This document shows positions 14,165-27,921 of a stretch of 64,000 nt of DNA, in pieces. Both the position numbers and the translations under genes were made by a program. The stretch covers positions 25,965,175-26,029,174 of the forward strand of contig NC_092677.1 of assembly GCF_964355755.1 (NCBI RefSeq), written 5' to 3'. The notes beneath the pieces are model-generated. The model did not search any database. It had not been told where the DNA came from and worked only from the letters and a program-made list of their open reading frames with translations. The DNA is from Antedon mediterranea. Its lineage: Eukaryota > Animalia > Echinodermata. Within the stretch, counting starts at the first letter, position 1; every line of letters starts with the position of its first letter.

Positions 14165-17100
14165 ATGATACTATCAAAAAATACTATCAGCATCCTGCTG
14201 CTAATAGGTAAGTAGTGTTACAGTACTATTGAATTTCAAGAAACATTTAAGCAGAAGAGGGAGGCTAATAATTATAATTTAATATAAGGGTCTGACGACC
14301 TGCCAGCCTCTTAGTCTTACGCCACTTTATTAAATTGAGGTGGTGTTACGGTGGATAATAATAATAAGTGTCGCTGAAACCAGACCCCCCCCCCCCACCC
14401 CATATTTTATACGCACCCAACATGTATGCAGGCTAAAATATGCTCAAATAACTATAGTTTATACCATAGAGTAATTACACTTATTTATAGATAAGAAGTC
14501 ATTATACAGTACCAGTTTACTAAGATAAACACCAAATTAATTATGATTAAAATAAAAAAACAATGCCAGCTTATTAAAGTAAATTTATGATTTCAGTTGG
14601 GAGAGTTTATTTACTGTATGGTAACGTGTGTGACGTAAAATTTATTTTGAGAATGCCTGTAAAACTATCAACGATAATTGTTATATGACCAGTCAAGTGA
14701 TCAGTACTTAAACGCACTGTTTACTTATACTGTAATTAATAAGAATTGAAACATTAATTTTCGTATAATTACATTATTATGTTTCTATAATGTAGTATGT
14801 CCAAAGTTCACTCAAATTCAAGTATCAAGAGCTGTTTACATAAAGCGTGGTTCCCACTAGCGACGCAACGCAAGGACGTAAAGCAACGCAAGTGAATTGA
14901 CCAATCACAAGCGATGGCTTATTCGCTTGTGATTGCTAACTGTCTATAACTTCGCTTGTCATTGGTTAAAACACTTGCGTTGCGTTTACGTCCTTGCGTT
15001 ACGTTCTAGTGGGAACCAAGCTTTACAGTCATCTACTTTCTGATTCATGAAAATAGAGTTTTCTTAATTATCGATCAAATTTATTTCTATATTTAGACTT
15101 TGAATATTCCTGTGTTGTTTATAGTCGTCTGCTACTAATGTATATAATTTTATTACTGTATGTCAGACTGCTGTATGTTCATTAATACATTGATGTCTAA
15201 GTGTAGCCAGTAAATTGTTTTTTAATCATTGCGATCTGTCAAGTCATTGTAACTAAAGGAATTGACAGGTAGTGTCAGGCCAGTTATTTAATAATTAACT
15301 GTTAATAATTAATTAATTTATTTTTTATTTTATACGCATCCAACATTAAGCACAAACCCACCAGATACAGTAGTAGTTGAACTATTTTATAATTTATTAT
15401 TTATCATGCTTATAATACCGTACTGACGCGGGTATAAGCCCATACTCGGGTATAAGCCCACCCCCGACTTTTGGCTAATTTTCATGAAAAATGAGGCACT
15501 CGGGTATAAGCCCACCCATTAATTCGAAGATCTAGTGTGTGTCGTAATACATATTTTTGTATTTGGCGATGTCCATACACCGAATACACCTACCAACCTT
15601 TGATCATAACCAAGCTAGGCTAATATACGCTAGGCCATATGAGGCCTAACGGTCCTGTTTTGTTTGCACTCCATCGCGGTCGAAGATCGCTTCACACACG
15701 ACGCTACATACAAGTCGCCAAAACGGAAAACCACTATTTGGTATCGGCTGCCATAAACAAGCTTATTAAATTTCTTTGGTACATTTCTATTTAACGAACA
15801 TTGTATACTTGCTTTTCTGCTTGATAAATTCTTGTTCAATTGATGTTTAAAATAAGATATTCTACGATAAATTACACGAACTATAAGCTTAATTTTCCGA
15901 CACTCTACACCTCGTGTATTTAGAGGCAACGTCGTACACGTGAGGGCGCTCGCTCGCATTGTGGAAATACACAGTGTGCATGTGCTGTTTTTGACGATCT
16001 GCATTTTTGGATCCTCGGGTATAAGCCCACCCCTCAAACTTGACGTGATTTCATGTTCAAGGGGGGTGGGCTTATACCCGCGTCAGTACGGTATTAACAA
16101 AGTCTCATTTGAGGCTTAGGGAGTGGAGTTGAAATGAAAGAGTCGTGAGTTACAACCCTGGCACTACTGTAGGTCAGGATTGAACCCTGGACCTTGGGAT
16201 TAGAAGGCAAGCACGTTAACCACCAGCTACAGCCCCCTCTACTATATTGATAATATCATGGACCTTATAATTACTGTAAAGGCCGAGTCCATGATCATAA
16301 TACATTTGATTGGTGGAATTTAGTGATCATATTGTACACATAAAGTTGTTTATAATTATTGTTTTTTGTGGCCAGGCATCTTCTGTTGCTGAACATGCTC
16401 ACATTTTTTGCTCTTTGAATTTGGTTTAAATTAATTTGGTAATATTACTTCTGAGGATTTCCGTTTGTTTTAATGGTTATTGTCTTGTTAGTTTCAGTTT
16501 AAAGCAGTGGCACTATAAACATGTATATTACTATAGTGGTTGGTTGAAGTTATAAATCTATATTAGAATATACTATTAATAGTGGTTGGTTTTAGTTACA
16601 GTATAAATATAAGTGTATATTAGAATTCAAACTATCATAGCTGTTGGTTGGTTGTAGTTTATAAAAAATGAACACAAGACTTTGTCATTGAGCGCAGGAA
16701 ATGCTCTGTGTCTGTACACGTGTTCTCAATTCTGATTGGACGTCCATCGGGGGAGTAAACCCTCACAAACTTGGCATAATCCTATCAATCTTTAGATCTA
16801 CATTTTCAACTGAAGTTTCATTTTCAAATTATCATATTTAATAGCAATAGCAGTCAGAATAAACATTTTTTTTAAGTACAGTACAATCATTTGATTTAAA
16901 AATAAGAGGGGGGAATTCCAATAAAAGCAACATTTCTGAATGGCAACCAGTATAATGAAAAATGTAATAATGCGGTTTTTATTGTGTAAACACCTTTCCT
17001 GTCTGTTTTTAAAATTCTATGAATCAAATGTCAATATTCTATTTCCTTATGTACTGTACTTTAACAAACTTAGACAAACACTAGGCGCTTCAATTTAAAG

Positions 17101-20100
17101 TTATTAAGATCTGTCTACACTATAAAACTTCATTTGACAAAAAATGTGCCCACATGATAATGTCATATTACTACCATATTTGAGCATATCACTACCATAT
17201 TTAGGCACATCACACTTTTTTTGTCAAACTAAAGTGTTAGTAGTACTGTATTATTAATATTATTAACATGTTTGTAATTGTGCTGGAAGGATAAACATTT
17301 TCAAAGAGACCGACCCACTTTCAAATTCTTCCACCCAGCCTTATTTTAAGGTCTTCCAGCCAGCACAGAGGCTCCCCTGATTACCTGATAGTACTGTTTT
17401 ATTTTCCCCCCTCTCATCTCACTCTTATCTGTTAGACTTTTCTAGCTAGAGTACATACAGTACACACAATATTTGTTTTTGATTTATCACCAAAATTTGT
17501 AAAATTTGGATCCAAATTTTGCATTCAAATTCATTTCCTCTTCTTTTTGTGTCGGATATGACATCCATATAATTAAACATACAGAACAAAAGAAAAATTT
17601 CTATAAAACTAGAATATATATTCTCTTCATTTGCAAAGAGAAATTGAGATTTCTTTATATCTAGCAATCTAACTTCAGATCAATATTAATTGAGACATAC
17701 TCCTCTCATCAAAGAGTAGATTGCATTTTAAAGCACAATGTGCTGTTTTGTAATTTATTTTCCAAAATGTGTAGGCCTTGAATCTAGGATTAGACTGCTT
17801 AGGCAAGCAAGGCTTCAGTTAACTATACAGTATGAAAGGATATGGTGTGACTGGATTAGGAGGAACATACTGTATATGGGGACCAATCAAGGGGTTGGCA
17901 AAAAAAAATGTGTGACTAGACCAGGCTGAGGGTCAATGAATGGGCCAGATACATGGTGTTACACTGTAGTAAAGAGGAAAGCTACAGGGTATTACATGGT
18001 AGTGATGAAGGGTTGTGGTTCAGCCGATCTGCCCCTCCCCCCTCCAAAATTCACAAATTGTAATGCAAAAGATAGGACATCAAATTAAGTTCAGCACATT
18101 TCAATAATAATACATGATGCCTCCCCCTCCCCAATTTAAAAATCTTGGATCTGCACCTGATGTTACTGTTATACTGTAGTGATGAATGGGGCCAACTAAG
18201 AGGTATTGTACTTTAGAATCCATATAGACATTTGTATTGTTTACAGATAGTTCAAAGGTCAAGTTATATACTCCAATTCAATATTTACTTTCTCTGGCCA
18301 TATTCTATTTTTAGCAAACACAAGTTTTAATACAACCGTGTAAAAAATGAGAGTAAAAAACAATTTGAACTATGGTTATGACGTCAATGTTTTTAATATG
18401 AAACGACCTAAAAAACCATTTACAATACGAATTATATGGTTCACTTAACGAAACAAACTTACCAATTATCAGGTTTTTCAGTGAAATTCTATTGGAATTT
18501 AAATCTGAATTATGTAAATGTATTCATGTTAACGTTAAACACACAAACATTGTTGTTTTTTGACAGAAATTTACTGTGTTAAATCAATGCTTTTTCACTG
18601 GATGTAATAATAAATATATATATTGTAATAATATAACACAATTTTCTTTTCAGCCTCCTGTCAACTAGGAACACTTTCTTTCAACCCACAAGGTAATGAC
18701 CATGTTATATTCCTAATTAAAAAACGTTATGACAGATTAATAAATACTTGTTATCATTTAAAGATGTATTGACCCCCAAAAACCTGAAAAATAAAGATTA
18801 ATAAAATCAGATTTTGAATAGCGGCCACTTTGCAGTTATCAACCAAAATAATGATTTCACTTATAACGATAAAGGAAAAGGTTAATTTTAACCAAAAACC
18901 ATTTAGGCATTTTTTTGCTTTAAATACATTTTTTTTCAGGAAAATAATATTTTTTTCTAAGTGAATAACTATTATGTGATATTTAAATGGCATACTGTAT
19001 TAAAAAAAATAAATTTTTTTTAGGACGACATATCTTTTAAATGTACTATTTCAATTCTTTTTAGTGGACAGTGCAAAATGTGGAGTTGTCCAACACCAAG
19101 GTCAAGGCCGCATAACCTCACCTAATTTCCCAAACCCCTATGATGATAATTCTAATTGTCATTGGAAGATAAGAGCTGATGATGGGCACACCGTCACTGT
19201 CAGGTGAGTAAACAAATCAAGGTTAAAGGTTATTATTCTGGTCCTGAAGCTCCCACTATCAAACTAGTTTGACAAAAAAAGTGTGATGTGCCCAAATATG
19301 GGGGTGATATACACAAATATGGTGGTGATATACCCAAATATGGTAGTGATATACCCAAATATGGTAGTGATATACCCAAATATGGTAGTGATATGACATC
19401 ATCATGTCCATATATGGGCACATCACATTTGTTGTCACATAATCTTTGATAGTGTAACTTTACTGGAAACTGAGGAAATTTGGATTACTATTACACAGTT
19501 AACTATATCAATGATGTATTTATAAAAACTGGAAAACCCCACCAACAAATTTTCTCAAGGTCCAAAATAATTCAAATTCTTGTTTTCAATTAACAATACC
19601 AGACCAGAATGCCAGGATTTCTGGAATAGGCCAGTCCAAAGATTGTCCATTATTGGGAGATTTGACCCAGTGATAATTTAGGCTTTAGAACTGTTAAATT
19701 TCAAAGATTTTGTTTGTGTAATGAATGTCACATTTTTAATGCCATGCCCTGCTTACATGTTGGATACTCTGTCTCTGTTTGTTTTGATAAAGAGTTTTGA
19801 TTGGCTATTAATATGTCTATTAGAAATTTTTTTTAAATAGATTTTTTTTACAAAAATTGTTTTCGTTTTTAGATTTACACTAATGAATATTGAATCTCTC
19901 GATGGTGAATGCATAGATAGCCTTAAGTGTAGCTATAATTCAACAGAGGTTGTTTACTGCGGTATCTCGCTTCCTAACGCCATAACATCACAATTCATCA
20001 CTCTCACATTTACTAGCGATGAGAACAATGTGCGCAATGGATTTTCGTTGGATTTTTATACAAGTAAGTTTCATCATTTTTTTTTTCGTTTCGTTTATTT

Positions 20101-23100
20101 TCACTCTTCAATATGAATTTAAACATTTTTAACATAAGTATAAAGTATATGGATGGATGCAGGTCACAGTAATTTCATTGAACTTCATTGAAGGTGTGAT
20201 CCCCGCTTCACAGTATAATAATAACATGTGTACGGAGTAGAATATAATATGCGTTAAAAAAAAAGGGAAAACAGTACGACCATGGTAGAACCTCTTCTTT
20301 AAGGTACACCCCTATTGAGGAGACATCCCTACTAAAGGGACACCCCTATTAAGGTAACATCCCTACTAAAGGTACACCCCTATTAAGGGGACACCCCTAT
20401 TAAGGGGACATCCCTACTAAAGGGACACCCCTTATTAAGAAGACATCCCTACTACTAAAGGGACACCCCTATTAAGGGAACATCCCTACTAAAGGGACAC
20501 CCCTATTAAGGAGACACCCCTATTGAAGGGATATCCCTACTAAAGGGACACCCCTATTGAGGGGATATCTCTACTAAGAGTACACACCTATTAAGGGACA
20601 CAGACACTTATTACCTGTGAAACAACCAAGGCAAAATATATGTACAGTATATACACTGCAGCCAACAAGATTTTGTTGGGTTATTAGAAGGTGTCTCCTT
20701 ATATGGGACATACTTTTTGATTCCAAATTTATATTTTGTTTTTTAAAACATAGGTCCATATCCAACTGCTTCTTGTAATACACAAACTGAGTTTCATTGC
20801 AAGGCAGAGAAGAAATGTATTCCTATCACCTGGAAATGTAACGACCAGTATGAATGCAGCGACGGCTCAGATGAAGCGCCCTCACTCTGTCATGGTAAGA
20901 GTTTCAGCTATTCAATTCTCTAAACATACGTTTGCCAGTTAATATTTACATGAAGGTTATATACTTTGTTTACAGTATATTCTTATATACTTATTTTTAC
21001 AAAATTATATTTATAACCAAGTCCTATAAAGCTGTTGTCCTAACTGCTTACAATGTCATTTAAATAATTGAATCTTATTGGTCAATGAAGTTATTTTAAC
21101 TGTACAGTTATTTTGTATACTTCTTCACAGGTTTAAATTATTCCTATAAAGCTGTTGCCATAACTGCTCTCAATGTCTTACAGTTATTTTAACTGTACAG
21201 TTATTTTGTGTATACTTTACAGGTTTAACTTCAGTTGTACCCGCAACTCCAACGGAATGTGGGTTACATTTATTTTCCTGCATATCCGCCGCCACGCAAC
21301 AAAAAGAATGCTTTCCGGACATAAGGAAATGCGACACCGTCAAAGACTGTTCTGACGGACGTGACGAAGAGGGCTGCGGCAAGTGCATGCACTATCTGGA
21401 AGACAACCAGGGTTATTTCATCTCGCCAAATTTCCCAATGAATTATGGGAATAACCTGGACTGCCAATGGAAGATCATCGTGTCCGAGGGGAACACTATC
21501 CAGCTACGATTTGTGGAGTTTGAGCTGGATGCTATGTTGGATACAGATTATATCTGGGTTTACGACGGCGGCAGCGAATATGCAGTAAGTCGGCAAGAAT
21601 ATATCATAAAGCTCTGTTTACACTATCAAACTAGTTTTACAAAAAAAAGTGTGATATGACATCATCATGTCCATTTTTGGGGCACATCACATTTTTTTCA
21701 CATAAAGTTTGAGTGTAGACAAGGCTTTAGGCTCTGTCTACACTAGTTTGACAAAAAAAGTGTGATGTACCCAAACATAGATATGACATCATCATGTCCA
21801 TATATGGGCACATCACATTGTTTTTGTCACATTAAGTTTAATAGTGTGGACAAGTCTTAAGATTTTAAAATATATTTGCACTAATTCAAAAGTTGACTTA
21901 TTCATTCTTATAGTTCAATGTTTATAAACTAAATCTGTTTTGTTTATAACCTATAGGATCGGTTTGGACCTTATTTCGGAGCAAAATCAATTGAAACTAT
22001 TCCTCCAAAAGTGATTGAATCAACCGGTGATCGAATGTTGATAACTTTCCATTCAGACAATGTTGCAAGAAATAGCAAAGGATTTAATGTTACTTACCAA
22101 ACTAAAGGTTATTAATGTGCTTTATTATATTCATCATATTTTAAAGAGTTATTGGATTTTCACTGTTCTACAGTAAAGGGTCTTTCACACGGTCACAGTC
22201 TGGCACCGGAAAATCAAATTGAACGCCAATGTATCGTTTTCACACGGCCACACACATATCGATTGACGTATAGGTTTGTGAAGCGTCGTAAAAACGAAAG
22301 ATTGATGTTTGATTCCCCTGACCGGAACAGGTTTGAAAAGCTCTTTACACAGGCTTTATAGTTTCATTTTATAAATTCCATTCTCAATCTTTGGCCACAC
22401 AGTCATGTGGTCAGCCTAGCATAGATTCTAATTTATGAGAACACTGAGTATGCAGTGGCTGTATTCACTAATTAAACTTAGTTTATCTGGCCTTAAAGTT
22501 TGCTTATATAGTAAATAAAAAGTTCCCTTCTTATGTAGAATTAGCTTAAATAAGAGAAGTTCCAAAAAATGTTTCAATTGGCCCAAATGGGAATGATTTA
22601 AGCTCTGTCTACACTATCAAACTTGTTTGACAAAAAACTGTGATGTGCACATCACATTTTGTTGTCACATAAAGTTTGATAGTGTAGACAGAGCTTAATA
22701 CACATGCTTCTCCAAAAGAACGTTCAGCCTATCCCGACTCGTGTTCTTTTATGTTCCTATATACAAACGTCTGTTAAACCAGTGTGCCTGCTTCTTTATA
22801 GGTAATTGTCTATCCAATCAACTACCTTGTCCTGATGGATCCAACTGTTATGATGTCGATCATGAACGCTGTGACGGTGAATTTGCATGCAGTAAAGGAC
22901 ATGATGAAATGGGTTGTTGTAAGTATACTTTATAGATGTGTTATTTGTTGTAAATGGATTCGTAATCATATCAATATATGATAGTTTATTTTAGTATGTG
23001 GAGTAATGAAACAACAAACTTCTTTCTCTTTGTTGGTTTATCTGGGTAAGTGACACATATACTAAAGCTCTGTCTACACTATCAAACTCGGTTTTGACAA

Positions 23101-25071
23101 AAAAAGTGTGATGTGTCCAAATATGGTAATGATATGTCCAAATATGGTAGTGATATGACATCATCATGTCCATATATGGGCACATCACATTTGTTTGTCA
23201 CATAAAGTTTGATAGTGTAGACAAAGCTTAATGAAATGACTAACAACAACTTTTACCTTCTGTAATAAAGTGGATCAATTCTGGTCACCTATTGTGTTTG
23301 TAAGAAAGCTTTTATTATTTCGTCATTAGTTGGATGCACAGAAACTCAAATAGCTTGTTCAAAAGAAGAGAGTCGCTGCTACACACCAGATAGGAGATGC
23401 GATGGACAAGCATCATGTGAACACAAACAAGATGAACGTAACTGCCCTGTGGATTTATGCAACGATGTCAAAGGTTTATTTCTATGTGACAACAAACACT
23501 GCATTTTTGAGAGCTGGAAATGCGACCTGGCCGATGACTGCGATGACAACAGTGACGAAAGAGATTGCCGTAAGTTACCTAAGGTCATGCTAGAGGTCAT
23601 GTGAGAAAACAGAACACAAATTTGACCAGATCATTCCTTTTTGTCGTTTAAAGATGAAGAGTAGGGTTAATGATCTATCTCAGTCCCTGTTGTTGTGGAC
23701 AGACAAATGAGTGCCGCTTAGTAGTACCACTCGACACAAAGGGACTCGGGCAGAATAAAATTGTGTGTTGTGCACAATTTAGCACTGTGAAGCTCTGTCT
23801 ACACTATCAAACTAGTTTGACAAAAAAAGTGTGATGTGCCCAAATATGGTAGTGATATTCTTAAATATGGTGGTGATGTGACCATATATGGACATGATGA
23901 TGATTGTCATATCATTTTTTTGTCACATAAATTTGATTGTGTAGATAGAGCTTAAGACACATGTTACTCCCCACATTTAACATTTTCAGAAAAATCTCCC
24001 TAATAGTTACATAAGGGTTGCATTTTTACTCTAGTTGCAACTAATGATATAGTAACTTATCAAAATGTTTGTTTTTTTACAGCTGTTTCTAACAAAGTAA
24101 TAACAGCTGCTGTCGTTGGTTCCATCATCTGCGGACTTCTTCTAGTGGCAGCTTTAAGCTGTACCTGCAAACTGTATCAGTTACACAGTGGTGATCCCTA
24201 CCAACCATCACACAGTACCTCACCTATGCAAGAGATTGAGCAACAGTTACTATGGAGAGAAGCTCCGCCATCATACATCGCGTCGATGGCTTCCCCACAT
24301 TACTCCCGAGCTCAGCAAGAGTTCCTTAGCAATATTCCATCGCAGACACCTTGCCCACCTCCCGCCGTGAACACTAATAGCAATACAGAAACCAGACGAA
24401 CGAGACGGCCTAGTTTTTTCAGAATGTTATCATGGGATAGGTTTGCGCAACGTCGTAATCGTGAAAGGCCAAGTAGCACGCCAAATGACATTGGTCAAGC
24501 GCAACCAAGTAGCAATAACGAGTCTGATGTAATCCACCAACAGATTAGCGCTAACCGACCAAATCCCGCGCATGCGAATGGCATCCAACCAGAGGACGAG
24601 TCAACAGCAAACAGCACTGAGATGCGACCGGCAGCGCCTGTACCGTTAATAGAACCCTCGCCCTCTTCCGAAAGTGGCGCGGTATCAGATACGGACTCCG
24701 ATACGAATCACGAAGCAAGCGACAGAGATCATATGGACAGACGTATCTTATATGCGGCTGCAAATCTGCGAAGGATACGAATCAATGGTGGTGTTCAGAA
24801 CTTGTACCAGCATACCATGAACCTAACAGATCCACCATCACAGACGACCTTGCCTCGATCAAGGTCTGATATTCCATCTGAAACTATTGACTCTGCAGAA
24901 CCCATTCATAGTTCTGTTTCGTCAGATGCAATCATCAATACGAGCCAGGCTACGTCGTCAAACCCAGTACAAACCCATTCTAGAGCGGCGTCGAATGGCT
25001 CCGTCATATCAACCGGCTCGGACTGCACAGTTCCGTTACTTGGCCGCCCAACTAGAGAAAGCTTATGTTAA
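14165..25071 (+). CDS. LRP12: LDL receptor-related protein 12-like (LRP3/10/12 family): SP-CUB-LDLa2-CUB-LDLa3-TM-tail, 10 exons, ~803 aa
   Basis: join(14165..14207,18654..18692,19065..19203,19873..20063,20754..20894,21223..21584,21957..22107,22802..22918,23330..23569,24083..25071); 2412 nt in frame. The TM segment KVITAAVVGSIICGLLLVAALSCTCKLY, the REAPPSY motif and the domain order match LRP12/LRP3. The first two small signal-peptide exons are the least certain. Confidence 0.88.
14844..15022. mobile_element. Harbinger-type MITE A1 (179 bp)
   Basis: Near-identical to the copies at 43193-43371 and 51505-51683. Confidence 0.85.
15418..16091. mobile_element. Non-autonomous pogo/Tc1-mariner-type element in LRP12 intron 1
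   Basis: TIR CCGTACTGACGCGGGTATAAGCCC at both ends, TA on both flanks, and internal repeats of CGGGTATAAGCCCA. Confidence 0.85.
16110..16237 (-). mobile_element. tRNA-derived SINE head
   Basis: Minus strand reads GGGGGCTGTAGCTGGTGG (A-box-like)...GGTTCAATCC (B box) with tRNA-like spacing, but the acceptor stem does not close. The 3' boundary is approximate. Confidence 0.6.
20300..20620. repeat. 16-17 bp minisatellite (AAGGGACACCCCTATT/AAGGGACATCCCTACT) in an LRP12 intron
   Basis: Directly visible degenerate tandem array. Confidence 0.85.
21610..23952. mobile_element. Five copies of MITE family B (TIR AGCTCTGTCTACACTATCAAAC) in LRP12 introns
   Basis: Copies at ~21610-21727, 21731-21857, 22601-22695, 23066-23228 and 23791-23952. 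Further copies or fragments at ~7990-8125, 17108-17240, 19248-19456, 27091-27271, 27796-27921, 28207-28340, 51352-51906, 56215-56397 and 60143-60283. Confidence 0.85.
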
Positions 25072-25850
25072 AAATATTTTATACAATTTTCTAATGTTCG
25101 AATTTGTTTCTTGATGTATTTTATAATTGTATCTCATCTTGATCATAGTATTTATTAGATTTAAAAATTCTGTAAATTTGAAAATAGAGTATTTTAAGAG
25201 GACTATGGGTATGCAGAGAGTTATCTACAGTAAAAATCTCCCAATACTGGCCATAATGTTTGTGGTTTTCCACAAATTCTGGTATTTTCCGAACATGTTT
25301 TAATGGTCATTTGGAACCTTTTGACCTCAACAAGAGTGAGAATTAGGAAGAGTTTCAGAGAGTCTGGTATTGGGGGAGATGTCTGTACTTGTATGGAACT
25401 CTAACTTTCTTTCTATACACAATTAATAATGTTAATGGAGAACCAATTTTAATCCCTTTCAAATTGTTTCTTCAAAATATGCATATTTGGTTTAGTTTGT
25501 GCCAATCTTGATGATGTCATTATTATTACTTTATAGAGCAAATATTTTATTTGTTTATATTATGTAAATTGTGCAAATGCTGTGTATACTGTAATTACTT
25601 ATATTAATTATGTAAATATTTATCAAAATGTATATATTAAGTATCTAATTTGCATATACACCTGCAGAAGCATTCGTTTTAGTGTCCCAGAGGGGGAATT
25701 TAAGATTTGTGAAACATAAAAGGGGGAATGCATTATAGTTTAGTAGGTATTGCAGTTGTAGATAGTATATGCTACAATCTGGTAATAATGTTTTTTATAC
25801 TAACATAAGATTCCATCCATGATTTGTGAGATCTTGCGATTTTACTGTAA

Positions 25851-26005
25851 GGCCTGGTTCCCACTAGGACAAAAATCAAGGATGTAAGCGCAACACAAGT
25901 TGACCAATCACAATCATCAGTTTGAATAATCCATCGCTTGTGATTGGTTAAATCACTTACATTGCACTTAAATCCTTGAGTTGCGTTGTAGTGGGAACCA
26001 AGGCT
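25851..26005. mobile_element. Diverged MITE family A copy downstream of the LRP12 stop
   Basis: GCCTGGTTCCCACTAG...TAGTGGGAACCAAGGC termini. Confidence 0.7.
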
Positions 26006-27921
26006 TACTGGCTGTAGGCACATGGTTTAGGACGTTTCTGCCACAGCCTCAATGTGGTCAGGCTTTCTAGGGAATCAAGGCTACCTAGGTGGTGGACAAG
26101 TCGAGGGTCAACTTTCCCAGAAGTGAAGTCAAGCTTTTCAGGGAAGCAACTGCTGGCTGTCATTCAGATTTAGACCTACGTTCTAAAATCTATTTATATT
26201 TACAGTACTGTATTATGATAATGAAGTGTTTTGAAAGGCGGAATATAATTTGTAATCTACGCACAGAAATATTTGATCAGGTTTATGTAAATTACTTGTA
26301 CAGAATAGTTAATTTCACTGCATGGCTACAACACAGATCATTTGTGACGACCTATGACCTTAAAATATAAATTATGCATGATGTCATTTATCTAAGTTGT
26401 CGTCCAACTTTGAGGTTAAAATACGCATGTTAGTAATAACAGAATGCAAAGATGTCGCGTGGAAATCAACCAATTTGGTTCGGACAAAAAATTGCAAAAA
26501 CCAATTTGTATGCGAATAGACATCATATGACATCATAAGCCCCAGGTCATCTAAAATTCAAAAGCTGCCTAATAATACAGTACTGCATGCCGATGTGTAA
26601 CACATGTAAACATATATTAGTGTACAATTGTCCACCTGGACAAGTTATTTGTTTCATTATACTGTATATGGAAATGTGCATAGATTTTAATATGTTAATA
26701 AGTAATACTTTATAATTTTTTTATTGGTAAGAGATATTAAAAGCAAAATTGTAAATGTTTAAAGGAATTGGTGATTAATAACTTGGATTTTATGTAGTTT
26801 AAGTCCGTTCATTTATAATTGAGTGCGCCTTCAATTTGAACAATGAGACATAACAATGTTTGTTTTGCAGATATTAAGGTCAGAAGAGGTCAAAATATGT
26901 CATCATGACAAGGGGGAATCCAGGATTTTTTCAAACGCGGGAACGCTAATAAATAATATTAATATTCTGTCAAAAATATATATAAAAATGTAGTAGTTCA
27001 TAATTTTATTTGATCTGTAAAAAAGGAGGAGCGCAACCCTCTGGATCCGATCCAGCATCAAATTGTGTTATCAAAAGTATTTTTGTTTAAACTCTGTCTA
27101 CACTATCAAACTAGTTTGACAAAAAAAGGTATGATGTGCCCAAATATGGTAGTGGTATGCCGAAATATGTTAGCTTCATGCCAAATACGGTAGTGATATG
27201 ATATCACTATGTCCATATATGTGCACATCACATTTTGTTGTCACATAAAATTTGATAGTGTGGACAGAGCTTTACATCTTTAAATAAATATGTATGTATG
27301 TTTTGTTTGTTTTAACAAGCACAAAATGGTTAATCTCAGTCACTCGTGAACATGCCCATATATGGACATGACGATGTCATATCACTACCATATTTAGGGA
27401 TATCACTACCATATTTGGGCACATCACACTGTTTGTATATGAAAGTTGTGTTTGAATTGGCAGGTCCTCTTCTACACTGCTGGACAAAAACTGTGATTTA
27501 TTTATAGTTATAGGTTGGCCTAGAAATAAGGGGTTTTAAAAAGAAAATAATAAATATGTAATTTCTAGGTTTTTATTGATATGTTAGCAACAAATATATT
27601 TATATTAAAATACTTGAAGAAAGTGGTTTAATTAATTGTTGTAATAATGGTTTTTTTTTGTCAGAAAACATATTTTTAAACAAATTTATTGTCTTTCGTT
27701 GGAATTAATTAAAACTAATTAATTTTAAATTTAAACATTAAACATAGGCCTAATATGAGATTTAATTTTTTGCAACACAAACAATTTCCCTCTAAAGCTC
27801 TGTCTACACTATCAAACTTTATGCGACAAAAAAATGTGATGTGCCCATATATAGACATGATGATGTCATATCACTACCGTATTTGGGCACATCACACTAG
27901 TTTGATAGTGTAGACAGAGCT

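Noticed and set aside
15630-16037. 135-aa ORF inside the pogo-like element
   Set aside because: No HTH or DDE motifs; probably a chance ORF.
16165-16237. Functional tRNA-Arg(TCT) gene
   Set aside because: Pol III boxes are present, but the acceptor and D stems do not form properly; it fits a SINE head.
19233-19421. Repeat peptide ISLPYLG (and VVICSNM at 56265-56447)
   Set aside because: These are translations of the 21-bp internal repeat of family-B MITEs.
20300-20620. CRISPR-like array (also 8740-9000 and 10910-11067)
   Set aside because: The units are contiguous with no unique spacers, there are no cas genes, and the context is eukaryotic introns.
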